Assembly: GCA_963761245.1 (NCBI GenBank)
Contig: CAVXGN010000043.1
Coordinates: 76,926-140,925 of the forward strand
DNA length: 64,000 bases
Origin: an uncultured Alphaproteobacteria bacterium
Lineage (GTDB): Bacteria; Pseudomonadota; Alphaproteobacteria; Rhizobiales; Xanthobacteraceae
Direction of reading: 5' to 3'
The notes under the pieces are model-generated. The model ran no database searches. It was not told the origin of the DNA and was given only the letters and a program-made list of their open reading frames with translations. Shown piece after piece: positions 45,749 through 56,519 of the stretch. Within the stretch, counting starts at the first letter, position 1. Every line of letters begins with the position of its first letter. The position numbers were made by a program, and so were the translations under genes.

Positions 45749-48704
45749 TCAGTGCGCCTCGTCCCAATTGTCGGCGGCGCGGGCGTCGACCTGCAGCGGC
45801 ACATTCAGCGCCACCGCCGGGTGCGGCGCCTCCTGCATCACGCTCTTCACCACGGGGATCGTCGCCTCGACTTCCTCGACCGGCACTTCGAAGATCAGTT
45901 CGTCGTGCACCTGCAAGAGCATCTGCGCGCGCAGCTTGGCCTTCTCCAGCTCCGGCTCGATGCGGATCATGGCGCGGCGGATGATGTCGGCGGCCGAGCC
46001 TTGCAGGCGCGCATTGATGGCCGCGCGCTCGTTGAAGGCGCGGATCGAGGGTTTGAGTTCTTGATCTCCGGGTAGTGGCACTTGCGCCCGAACAGCGTGT
46101 CCACATAGCCGTGCTGCGCGGCAGAACTCGCGCGTCTCGTCCATGTAGTCGCGGATGCCGGGGAAGCGCTCGAAATATTTGCGGATATAGGCGCCGGCCT
46201 CGTTCTTATCGATGCCGAGTTGCGCCGCCAGCCCGAACGCCGAGATGCCGTAGATGATGCCGAAATTGATCGCCTTGGCGCGCCGGCGCACTTCGCTCGG
46301 CATGTCCTTCACCGGCACCCCGAACATTTCCGACGCCGTCATGGCGTGGATGTCGACGCCGTCCTGGAACGCCTTGCGCAGCGCCGGCACCTCGGCGACT
46401 TCCGACAGCAGCCGCAGTTCGATTTGTGAGTAGTCGGCCGACACCAGCTTCATGCCGGGCGAGGCGACGAAGGCCTTCCTGATCTTGCGGCCGTCCTCGG
46501 TGCGCACCGGGATGTTCTGCAAATTCGGCTCCGACGACGACAGCCGCCCGGTCGAGGTCGAGGCCAGCGCGTAAGCACGTATGCACGCGGTGCGTGGTCG
46601 GGTTCACGTAAGTCGGCAGCGCTTCCGTGTAGGTCGAGCGCAGCTTCGACACCTGCCGCCAGTCGAGGATCTTGCGCGGCAATTCGTGGCCTTGCTCGGC
46701 CAGGTCTTCCAGCGCGCGCGCGCCGGTCGACCATTGCCCGGTCTTGGTCTTGGTACCGCCCGGCAGATTCATCTTGCCGAATAGAATGTCGCCGATCTGC
46801 TTCGGTGAGCCCGGATTGAGCGGCTCGCCGGCCAGCGTCTTGATCTCGTCCTCCAGCCGGCCCTGTTCCTGCGCGAAATCGCCGGACAGCCGCGACAGCA
46901 CCTGGCGGTCGATGGTGATGCCGCGCCGCTCCATGCGCGCCAGCACCGTCGGCATCGCGCGCTCCAGCGTCTCGTAGACGGTGGTGACATGCTCGGCCGG
47001 CAGCCGCGGCTTCAGCGCGTCCCACAAGCGTAGCGTCACGTCGGCGTCCTCGGCGGCGTATTCGGTCGCCTTCTCGATGGTCACGCAATCGAAGCTCACT
47101 TGCGATTTGCCGGTGCCGGCGACGTGCTGGAAATGGATGGTGTCGTGGTCGAGCCAGCGCTTGGCGAGATCGTCCATGCCGTGGCCGCCCTTGCCGGCGT
47201 CGAGCACGTAGGAGATCAGCATGGTGTCGTCGTAGCCGCGGACTTCGATGCCGCGCTGGGCGAACACCAGCCAGTCGTATTTCATGTTCTGCGCGACCTT
47301 GAGCACGCTTGTCTTCGAGCAGTGGCTTGAGCGAGGCGAAGCGCCTCGGTCTTCCGGAATCTGGTCCGCGCACAGCTTGGCCTCCGGCGCGAACAGGTCG
47401 GAGCCGCCTTCGCCGCCGCCGTCGCGGTGGCCGAGCGGCACATAGCAGGCTTCGTTGGGCGCCACCGCCAGCGAGAAGCCGCACAGGCCCGCCTGCATGG
47501 CATCGAGGCTGGTGGTCTCGGTGTCGACCGCCACCACGCCCGTCTCGTGCGCGCGCGCGATCCATTGCTGCAGGCGCTCGAGCGTGCGCACGCATTCGTA
47601 TTTGCTGCGGTCAATCTTGGCGGCGCGCGCCTTCTCCGCCCGCGCGGCGGCGAGCGAGATGGGGGTGAGGGCGCCGGCCGTTTCTTTTTCCCTCCCCCTG
47701 AAAGGGGGAGGGTGGCCGCCGCTGGCGCGGCGCTCACCCTCCCCTTGCAGGGGAGGGATAGCGGGAATCGACACTAGCTTCGCATCGGCCTCGACCGGCT
47801 GAGGCGTCGATGCCGCTCTTCTCGGCAATGCGCCGTGTGATGGTCGAGAATTCCATCGCCTTGAGGAAAGCGATCAGGTGCTTGTAGTCGGGCTCGTGCA
47901 CCGCAAGCTCGATCGACCGCGACGTCGAGCGGCACGTTCTGGTCGAGCGTGACCAATCGTTTGGACAGGCGTGCGATCTCGGCATTGTCGATCAGCGACT
48001 GCCGGCGCTTGTCCTGCTTGATCTCGCTCGCGCGCTTGAGCAGCGTTTCGAGATCGCCATATTCGCCGATCAATTGCGCCGCGGTTTTGACGCCGATGCC
48101 GGGCACGCCCGGCACGTTGTCGGTGGAATCGCCGATCAGCGCCTGCACCTCGATCACCTTCTCGGGGCCGACGCCGAATTTCTCGATCACCTCATCGCGG
48201 CCGATGCGGCGGTCTTTCATGGTGTCGTACATGATGACGCCGTTGCCGACGAGCTGCATCAGGTCCTTGTCGGACGACACGATGGTGGTGGTCGCTTTGG
48301 CCTCGCAGGCAAGCCGCGCATAAGTGGCGATCAGGTCGTCGGCCTCGAAGCCTTGCCTGTTCTAGGCAAGGGATTTCGAAGGCGTGCACCGCCTCGCGGA
48401 TGAGCGGGAATTGCGGAATGAGATCGGCGGGCGCCTCCGGCCGGTGCGCCTTGTAGTCGGGATAGAAATCGCTGCGGAAGGTCTTTTCCGACTTGTCGAA
48501 CACCACGGCGAGATGGGTCGGCTTTTCATCCGGCTTCATCTCGGCCAGCAGCTTCCACAGCATGTTGCAGAAGCCGAGCACGGCATTGACCTGCAAGCCG
48601 TCCGACTTGCGGGTGAGCGGCGGCAGCGCGTGATAGGCGCGGAAAATGTAGGAGGAGCCGTCCACTAGAAAGAGGTGGTCACCTTTTTTGAGCGGGCGCG
48701 CGGC
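45749..48704 (-). CDS. polA: DNA polymerase I, downstream copy: intact C-terminus, lacks about 40 N-terminal aa, several apparent frameshifts
   Basis: VDGSSYIFRAYHA, DTETT, TGRLSSSEPNLQNIP, SADYSQIELR, KAINFGIIYG, LQVHDEL, NWDEAH*. Confidence 0.9.
47690..47757. repeat. CCCTCCCC..GGGGAGGG palindromic doublet inside polA (second copy at 50272-50338)
   Basis: Two hairpins of the same family as the intergenic element at 55605-55723. Confidence 0.85.
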
Positions 48705-51403
48705 AGAACTCGCGCGTCTCGTCCATGTAGTCGCGGATGCCGGGAAAGCGTTCGAAGTATTTGCGGATATAGGCGCCAGCCTCGTTCTTATCGATGCCGA
48801 GTTGCGCGGCGAGACCGAACGCCGAGATGCCGTAGATGATGCCGAAATTGATCGCCTTGGCGCGCCGGCGCACTTCGCTCGGCATGTCTTTCACCGGCAC
48901 CCCGAACATTTCCGACGCCGTCATGGCGTGGATGTCGACGCCATCCTGGAACGCCTTGCGCAGCGCCGGCACCTCGGCGACTTCCGACAGCAGGCGCAGT
49001 TCGATTTGTGAGTAGTCGGCCGACACCAGCTTCATGCCGGGCGAGGCGACGAAGGCCTTCCTGATCTTGCGGCCGTCCTCGGTGCGCACCGGGATATTCT
49101 GCAAATTCGGCTCCGACGACGACAGGCGCCCGGTCGAGGTCGAGGCCAGCGCGTAGCTCGTATGCACGCGGTGCGTGGTTGGGTTCACGTAAGTCGGCAG
49201 CGCTTCGGTGTAGGTCGAGCGCAGCTTCGACACCTGCCGCCAGTCGAGGATCTTGCGCGGCAATTCGTGGCCCTGCTCGGCCAGGTCTTCCAGCGCGCGC
49301 GCGCCGGTCGACCATTGCCCGGTCTTGGTCTTGGTACCGCCCGGCAGATTCATCTTGCCGAACAAAATGTCGCCGATCTGCTTCGGTGAGCCCGGATTGA
49401 GCGGCTCGCCGGCCAGCGTCTTGATCTCGTCCTCCAGCCGGCCCTGTTCCTGCGCGAAATCGCCGGACAGCCGCGACAGCACCTGGCGGTCGATGGTGAT
49501 GCCGCGCCGCTCCATGCGCGCCAGCACCGTCGGCATCGCGCGCTCCAGAGTCTCGTAGACGGTGGTGACATGCTCGGCCGGCAGCCGCGGCTTCAGCGCG
49601 TCCCACAAGCGTAGCGTCACGTCGGCGTCCTCGGCGGCGTATTCGGTCGCCTTCTCGATGGTCACGCAATCGAAGCTCACTTGCGATTTGCCGGTGCCGG
49701 CGACGTGCTGGAAATGGATGGTGTCGTGGTCGAGCCAGCGCTTGGCAAGATCGTCCATGCCGTGGCCGCCTTTGCCGGCGTCGAGCACGTAGGAGATCAG
49801 CATGGTGTCGTCGTAGCCGCGGACGTCGATGCCGCGCTGAGCGAACACCAGCCAGTCGTATTTCATGTTCTGTGCGACCTTGAGCACCGCCTTGTCTTCC
49901 AGCAATGGCTTGAGCAGGCGAAGCGCGTCCGCTTCCGGAATCTGGTCCGCGCAGAGCTTGGCCTCCGGCGCGAAAAGGTCGGAGCCGCCCGCCGACCCGC
50001 CGTCGCGGTGGCCGAGCGGCACATAGCAGGCTTCGTTAGGCGCCACCGCCAGCGAGAAGCCGCACAGGCCCGCCTGCATGGCATCGAGGCTGGTGGTCTC
50101 GGTGTCGACCGCCACCACGCCCGTCTCGTGCGCGCGCGCGATCCATTGCTGCAGCCGCTCGAGCGTGCGCACGCATTCGTATTTGCTGCGGTCGATCTTG
50201 GCGGCGCGCGCCTTCTCCGCCCGCGCGGCGGCGAGCGAGATGGGGGTGAGGGCGCCGGCCGTTTCTTTTTTCCCTCCCCCTGAAAGGGGGAGGGTGGCCG
50301 CCGCTGGCGCGGCGCCACCCTCCCCTTGCAGGGGAGGGATAGCGGGAATCGACACTAGCTTCGCATCGGCCTCGACCGGCTGAGGCGTCGATGCCGCTCT
50401 TCTCGGCAATGCGCCGTGTGATGGTCGAGAATTCCATCGCCTTGAGGAAAGCGATCAGGTGCTTGTAGTCGGGCTCGTGCACCGCAAGCTGATCGACCGC
50501 GACGTCGAGCGGGACGTTTTGGTCGAGCGTGACCAATCGTTTGGACAGGCGTGCGATCTCGGCATTGTCGATCAGCGACTGCCGGCGCTTGTCCTGCTTG
50601 ATTTCGCTCGCGCGCTTGAGCAGCGTTTCGAGATCGCCATATTCGCCGATCAATTGCGCCGCGGTTTTGACGCCGATGCCGGGCACGCCCGGCACGTTGT
50701 CGGTGGAATCGCCGATCAGCGCCTGCACCTCGATCACCTTCTCGGGGCCGACGCCGAATTTCTCGATCACCTCATCGCGGCCGATGCGGCGGTCTTTCAT
50801 GGTGTCGTACATGATGACGCCGTTGCCGACGAGCTGCATCAGGTCCTTGTCGGACGACACGATGGTGGTGGTCGCTTTGGCCTCGCAGGCAAGCCGCGCA
50901 TAGGTCGCGATCAGGTCGTCGGCCTCGTAGCCTTGCTGCTCCAGGCAGGGGATCTGGAAGGCGTGCACCGCCTCGCGGATCAGCGGGAATTGCGGAATGA
51001 GATCGGCGGGCGCCTCCGGCCGGTGCGCCTTGTAGTCGGGATAGAAATCGCTGCGGAAGGTCTTTTCCGATTTGTCGAACACCACCGCCAGATGGGTCGG
51101 CTTTTCATCCGGCTTCATCTCGGCCAGCAGCTTCCACAACATGTTGCAGAAGCCGAGCACGGCATTGACCTGCAAGCCGTCCGACTTGCGGGTGAGCGGC
51201 GGCAGCGCGTGATAGGCGCGGAAAATGTAGGAGGAGCCGTCCACCAAAAAGAGGTGGTCACCTTTTTTCAGCGGCCGCGCGGCCGGGTTCGCAGATGCGG
51301 CTGCGCTTTTGCTCGCAGGCTTGGCGGTCGGCTTGGCCGCGGCTTTCGGCGCGGCTTTGGCCGCAGGTTTGGCCTTGCTCTTGGATTTGGCGGTTGCTGG
51401 CAT
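48698..51403 (-). CDS. polA: DNA polymerase I, upstream copy: native start, truncated at ...DETREFCR and missing about 120 C-terminal aa
   Basis: ORFs 50036..51403 and 48679..50409; ends out of frame at the duplication junction. Confidence 0.85.
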
Positions 51404-51569
51404 GGCGGCAATGTGGGCCGTCGGCTGCGCTTAATCAATCGTGTCGCAAAACTAGGCCACAGGAAATGCGTGAGGGTCTGATACTCGCCACTTCGGACGG
51501 CCTCTGCTATGGAAACGCCGCCGGCCTCGGCGGCTGGAAGCGGTCAATTCATGACGAAAGATATTCCGA

Positions 51570-52886
51570 ATGCGCGTTGCCATGATCGGCACCGGCTATG
51601 TCGGGCTCGTTTCCGGGGCCTGTTTTGCCGATTTCGGCCACGAAGTGACCTGCGTCGACAAGGACACCGGCAAAGTCGCCGCGCTCACGCGCGGCGAGAT
51701 GCCGATCTATGAGCCGGGGCTCGACGATCTGGTCGCCGCCAATGCGAAAGCCGGGCGGCTTGAAATTCACCGAGGCGATCTTGCCGCCGCGGTCAAAGCC
51801 GCCGATGCGGTGTTCATCGCGGTCGGCACGCCGTCGCGGCGCGGCGACGGCCACGCCGATCTGTCGTTCGTTTACGACGCCGCGCGCGAAATCGCCGCCG
51901 CGCTCGACGGCTTCACCGTGATCATCACCAAGTCCACCGTGCCGGTCGGCACCGGCGACGAAGTCGAGCGCATCATCCGCGAGACGCGGCGCCGAGGCCG
52001 ATTGCGCGGTGGTGTCGAACCCTGAGTTCCTGCGCGAGGGCGCCGCCATCCGTGACTTCAAGCATCCCGACCGCATCGTGGTCGGCTCCGAGGACGCCCG
52101 CGCGCGCGAGCGTGATGACCGAGCTTTACCGCCCGCTCTACCTCAACCGCGCGCCGATTTTGTTCACCGACCGGCGCACCGCCGAGCTCATCAAATACGC
52201 GGCCAACGCTTTCCTCGCCACCAAGATCACCTTCATCAACGAGATCGCCGATCTGGCCGAAAAAGTCGGCGCCGACGTGCAGGAGGTTGCGCGCGGCATC
52301 GGGCTCGACAACCGCATCGGTTCGAAATTTTTGCATGCCGGGCCGGGCTTCGGCGGCTCCTGCTTTCCCGAAGGATACCGTCGCGCTGCTCAAGACCGGG
52401 CAGGACAATGGCGCGCCGCTGCGCATCATCGAGGCGGTCACCGCCGTCAACGACCAGCGCAAGCGCGCGATGGCGCGCAAGGTCGCCTCCGCGCTCGGCG
52501 GCGAGTTGCGCGGCAAGACCATTGCCGTGCTCGGCCTCACCTTTAAGCCGAACACCGATGACATGCGCGAGGCGCCGTCGATCCCGCTGATCACCGCGCT
52601 GCAGGATATGGGCGCCAAGGTGCGCGCCTACGATCCGATCGGCATGGAGCAGGCGAGGGCGGTGGTCGCCCATGTCGCCTTCTGCGCCGACGCCTATGAT
52701 TGTGCCAAGGGCGCTTCCGCGCTGGTCATCGTCACCGAATGGGAAGAATTCCGCGCGCTCGACTTCGAACGGCTGAAGCAGGCGATGGCGGAGCCGGTGC
52801 TGGTCGACCTGCGCAATGTCTACCGGCCGGCCGAGGTGACGCGGTACGGGTTCACGTATGAGAGCGTCGGACGGGCGCGGAAATGA
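51570..52886 (+). CDS. ugd: UDP-glucose 6-dehydrogenase; several apparent frameshifts
   Basis: [53 protein letters not shown]. Confidence 0.93.
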
Positions 52887-52919
52887 GTTTGAGCGCGCCG
52901 GCCTCTTAGCAGTTATCGT

Positions 52920-53050
52920 CTCCCCTTGTGGGAAAGCGGGGCGAGCAGCGTAAGCGCCGAGCATCGCGGTGATGGGCTTTGTAACGTCGGTTCCTGCTCA
53001 CCCGGCCACTCGCTGGGCTCGCGTCCACGCGCTCAATGAGGGTGAGAGGC
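52920..53050. repeat. Degenerate CTCCCC-type REP doublet
   Basis: CTCCCCTTGTGGGA...CTCACCCGG...GGGTGAGAGG remnants of the family seen at 55605. Confidence 0.45.
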
Positions 53051-53065
53051 CGAAAGAGGACGTCA

Positions 53066-55596
53066 ATGCGACATCTTCCGACACCCCTCCCCATCGACGC
53101 CGCGCTGCCGGATTTGACCGCGGCGCTGGCGAAGAACAACGCCGCCGTGTTGGTGGCGCCGCCGGGCGCCGGCAAGACCACGCGCGTGCCGCTGGTGCTG
53201 CTCGATGAGGCGTGGGCGGCGAACAAGAAAGTCCTCGTGCTGGAGCCGCGGCGGCTCGCCGCCCGCGCCGCCGCCGCGCGCATGGCCGCAACGCTTGGCG
53301 AGCAGGTCGGCGACACCGTGGGCTTGCGCGTGCGCTTCGGCTCCAAGATTTCCAGGCGCACACGCATCGAGGTCATCACCGAAGGCGTGTTTACGCGGCT
53401 GGTGCTGGACGATCCTTCGCTCGACGGCGTCGCCGCCGTGCTGTTCGACGAATTTCATGAGCGGTCTTTGGATGCCGATCTCGGCTTGGCGCTGGCGCGC
53501 GACGTGCAGCAGGGCCTGCGCGAGGATTTGAAACTGCTCGTCATGTCGGCGACGCTCGACGGTGCTCGTGTCGCCGCTTTGCTTGGCGACGCGCCGGTGA
53601 TCGAAAGCCAAGGACGAAGCTTTCCGGTCGAAACACGCTATCTCGGCCGCGATGCCCGCGCGCCTATCGAGCGGCAAGTCGGCGACGCCGTGCAGCGCGC
53701 GCTGCGCGCCGAACAAGGCTCGCTGCTGGTGTTCCTGCCGGGCGCCGGCGAAATCCGCCGCACCGAAACGCTGCTCAAGGAGCGCATCGAGGATAAAAAC
53801 GCCGACATCGTCGCGCTCTATGGCGCGCTCGATGCCCGCGAGCAGGACCGCGCCATTTCCCCGGCGCCGCCGGGCCGGCGCAAGATCGTGCTGGCCACGT
53901 CCATTGCTGAGACCTCGCTCACCATCGAGGGCGTGCGCGTGGTCATCGACAGCGGTCTGTCGCGCGTGCCGCGCTACGAGCCCGACGTCGGTCTGACGCG
54001 GCTGGAGACGGTGCGCGTTTCGCGCGCCGCCGCCGATCAGCGCCGCGGCCGCGCCGGCCGCACCGAGTCCGGCGTCTGCTATCGGCTGTGGGACGAGCCG
54101 CAGACCGGCTCGCTGGAGCCTTACACGCGGCCGGAAATTCTCTCGGCCGACCTGTCGTCCTTCGTGCTCGATCTGGCGCAATGGGGCACGAACGATCCCG
54201 CAACGCTTTGCTTCCTCGATTCCCCGCCGCCGGCCGCGCTCAGCGAGGCGCGCGCCCTGCTCACCGAGCTCGGCGCCATCGACGCGCAGGGCCGTATCAG
54301 CGACGAGGGCCGCCGCTTGCGCGCGCTGCCGCTGCCGCCACGGCTGGCGCGCATGGTGGTCGATGCGGCGGCGGAAGGTTCCGGTCAGCTCGCCGCGGAA
54401 ATCGCCGCCGTGCTCACCGAGCGCGGCCTCGGCGGCGACGATGCCGATCTGCGCCATCGCCTCGATCAGTTCCGCCGCGACCGCTCGCGCCGTGCGGAGG
54501 ATGCGCGGGCGATGGTGAAGCGCTGGAGCGAAACGGCCGGCGGGAAAAAGCATGGCGGCGATCATTCGCCTGGCTCATTGCTCGCGCTGGCCTATCCCGA
54601 TCGCGTCGCCAAGAGCCGCGGCGGCGGGACCGGCGCCTTCCTGTTGGCCAATGGCCGCGGCGGCAATGTCGATCCCGCGTCATCGCTGGCGCGCGAGCCA
54701 TTCCTGGCGGTAGCCGAACTGAGCGGTGCGGCGGCGTCTGGCCGCATCGTGCTGGCGGCGCCGATTGCGCTCGCCGAAATCGAGACGCGCTTCGCCGATA
54801 AGATCGAGGAGCGTGACACGGTCATCTTCGACGCCACCTCCGCCTCGCTGCGCGCGCGCCGCACCCGCCGGCTCGGCGCGCTGGTGCTGGCCGAGCAGAT
54901 CAAACCGGTCGCGCCCGATGGCGACAGCGCGCGGATGCTGGCCGAAGGCATCGCCGCGCTCGGCATTGGCAAGCTGCCGTGGAGCAAGGCGCAACGGCAA
55001 TTGCGCGACCGCGTCGGGTTCCTGCGCCGCACCGATCTCGGGTTTACCCGAGATCGGAAAATTACGATGCCCAAGTCGGCTGTAGCCGACTTGGGTGGGG
55101 GCGAGGCGTGGCCGGATTTGTCGGACGAGGCGCTGGCGCGCAGCGCAGCCGACTGGCTGGCGCCTTTCCTCAGCGGGAAAACGGCGCTCAGTCAGATCGG
55201 CGCCGACGATCTTGCTGGCGCGCTCGATGCGCTGGTCCCGTGGAACCTGCGCAAGCGCCTCGACGCCGAGGCGCCGACGCATTTCACCGCGCCGACCGGC
55301 TCAGCAGGTGCCGATCGATTACGACGCCGAGCAGGGGCCGACGGTGTCGATCCGGGTGCAGGAACTGTTCGGGCTGGCGCGACATCCGACCATCGCCGGC
55401 GGCCGCGTGCCGCTCACGATCGAGCTGCTCTCGCCCGCGCACCGGCCGGTGCAGGTCACGCGCGATCTGCCCGGCTTCTGGCGCGGCAGCTATGCCGATG
55501 TGAAGACCGAGATGCGCGGCCGCTATCCCAAGCATCCCTGGCCGGACGATCCGCTGTCGGCGCCGGCGACGCGGCGCGCCAAGCGCGCGCAGGTGA
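53066..55596 (+). CDS. hrpB: ATP-dependent helicase HrpB; apparent frameshifts near 55303 and 55583
   Basis: APPGAGKTT, LEPRRLAAR, DEFHER, MSAT, ATSIAETS, QRRGRAGR, RVQELFG, GRYPKHPWPDDP. Confidence 0.93.
55032..55095. repeat. Twin-hairpin palindromic element inside hrpB, read in frame
   Basis: CCGATCTCGGG-TTTA-CCCGAGATCGG and CCCAAGTCGGCT-GT-AGCCGACTTGGG. Confidence 0.85.
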
Positions 55597-55604
55597 CGGT
55601 CAAT

Positions 55605-55723
55605 CCCTCCCCTGAAAGGGGAGGGTGGCTGCGAGCATCAGCGAGCAGCCGGGTGGGGTCATATTAAACGAGCCCCCACCCGGCTCGCTTCGCTCGCCAC
55701 CCTCCCCCGCAAGCGGGGGAGGG
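55605..55723. repeat. CCCTCCCC-type REP doublet
   Basis: CCCTCCCC-TGAAA-GGGGAGGGTGGC...GCCACCCTCCCCC-GCAAGC-GGGGGAGGG. Confidence 0.85.
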
Positions 55724-55864
55724 AAAAAGCAGGCCGAGAAGTAACAGTTCAAATTCTCGCAGTCGATTTAACCGCCTGCTCACCACGCGTGAAGTCCGTC
55801 GCGCGCGTTAAGCCCGGCTTGTCAGCACGCATGCCATCGTCGCGCCTAGCCATCAGGTTTTGCC

Positions 55865-56392
55865 ATGCGTTCCATCCTCATCTTCGCCGCGGTCGTGCTG
55901 GTGGGAGGCGCCTTTGCCGCCCGCTTCGCCGATTACGAAGTGTCCAAACACACGCCGCCGCAAACTTCGGCGGTCGCGACCGTGGTGCCACCGTCGCCGC
56001 CGCCGCAGGTCGACACCTCCGGCCGCAGCCTGACGCTCGACGCCGACCGCCAGGGCCACTTCCGCACCGAGGCGCGCATCGACGGCCGCCGCATCGACTT
56101 CATCGTCGACACCGGCGCCTCGCTGGTCGCTTTGCGCCGATCCGACGCCGGCATGATCGGCATCCATCCGATGCCGAGCGACTACACGGCCGTCGTCACC
56201 ACCGCCAACGGCAAGATCAAGGCCGCGCGCACCAAGCTCGACCGCGTCGAGCTCGGCGAGATTACCGTCTATGACGTGCCGGCACTGGTGCTGCCCGACG
56301 AGGCGCTGGAGGTGAACCTGCTCGGCGTCACCTTCCTGTCGAAGCTCAGGCGCTACGAATACGCCAACGGCCGCATGGTGCTGGAGCAATAA
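55865..56392 (+). CDS. Clan AA retropepsin-like aspartic protease (TIGR02281-like)
   Basis: QGHFRT, FIVDTGAS, TANG, NLLGVTFL. Confidence 0.88.
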   Translation: MRSILIFAAVVLVGGAFAARFADYEVSKHTPPQTSAVATVVPPSPPPQVDTSGRSLTLDADRQGHFRTEARIDGRRIDFIVDTGASLVALRRSDAGMIGIHPMPSDYTAVVTTANGKIKAARTKLDRVELGEITVYDVPALVLPDEALEVNLLGVTFLSKLRRYEYANGRMVLEQ

Positions 56393-56519
56393 CAGCCGCC
56401 ATTCCGCGAGCTTTTCGGTCATTCCGGGGCGCCGTCTCGGAATGACGATGGACCGCTTGCGCCCTTTCGGCGTTGGAGTATGCAGTCCCACCAATCGCCA
56501 CTCCCGTTTTGAGGATCTG

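Noticed and set aside
45723-46075. Extension of the 45401 ORF deep into polA
   Set aside because: The sequence is the antisense of polA; the real stop near 45720 is probably lost to an indel.
55597-55667. HrpB C-terminus extending into the downstream REP (VNPSPERGGW...)
   Set aside because: One indel in GCCAAGCGCGCGCAGGTGA would restore a normal AKPRR-like end with the stop at 55594-55596, so this is probably an error.
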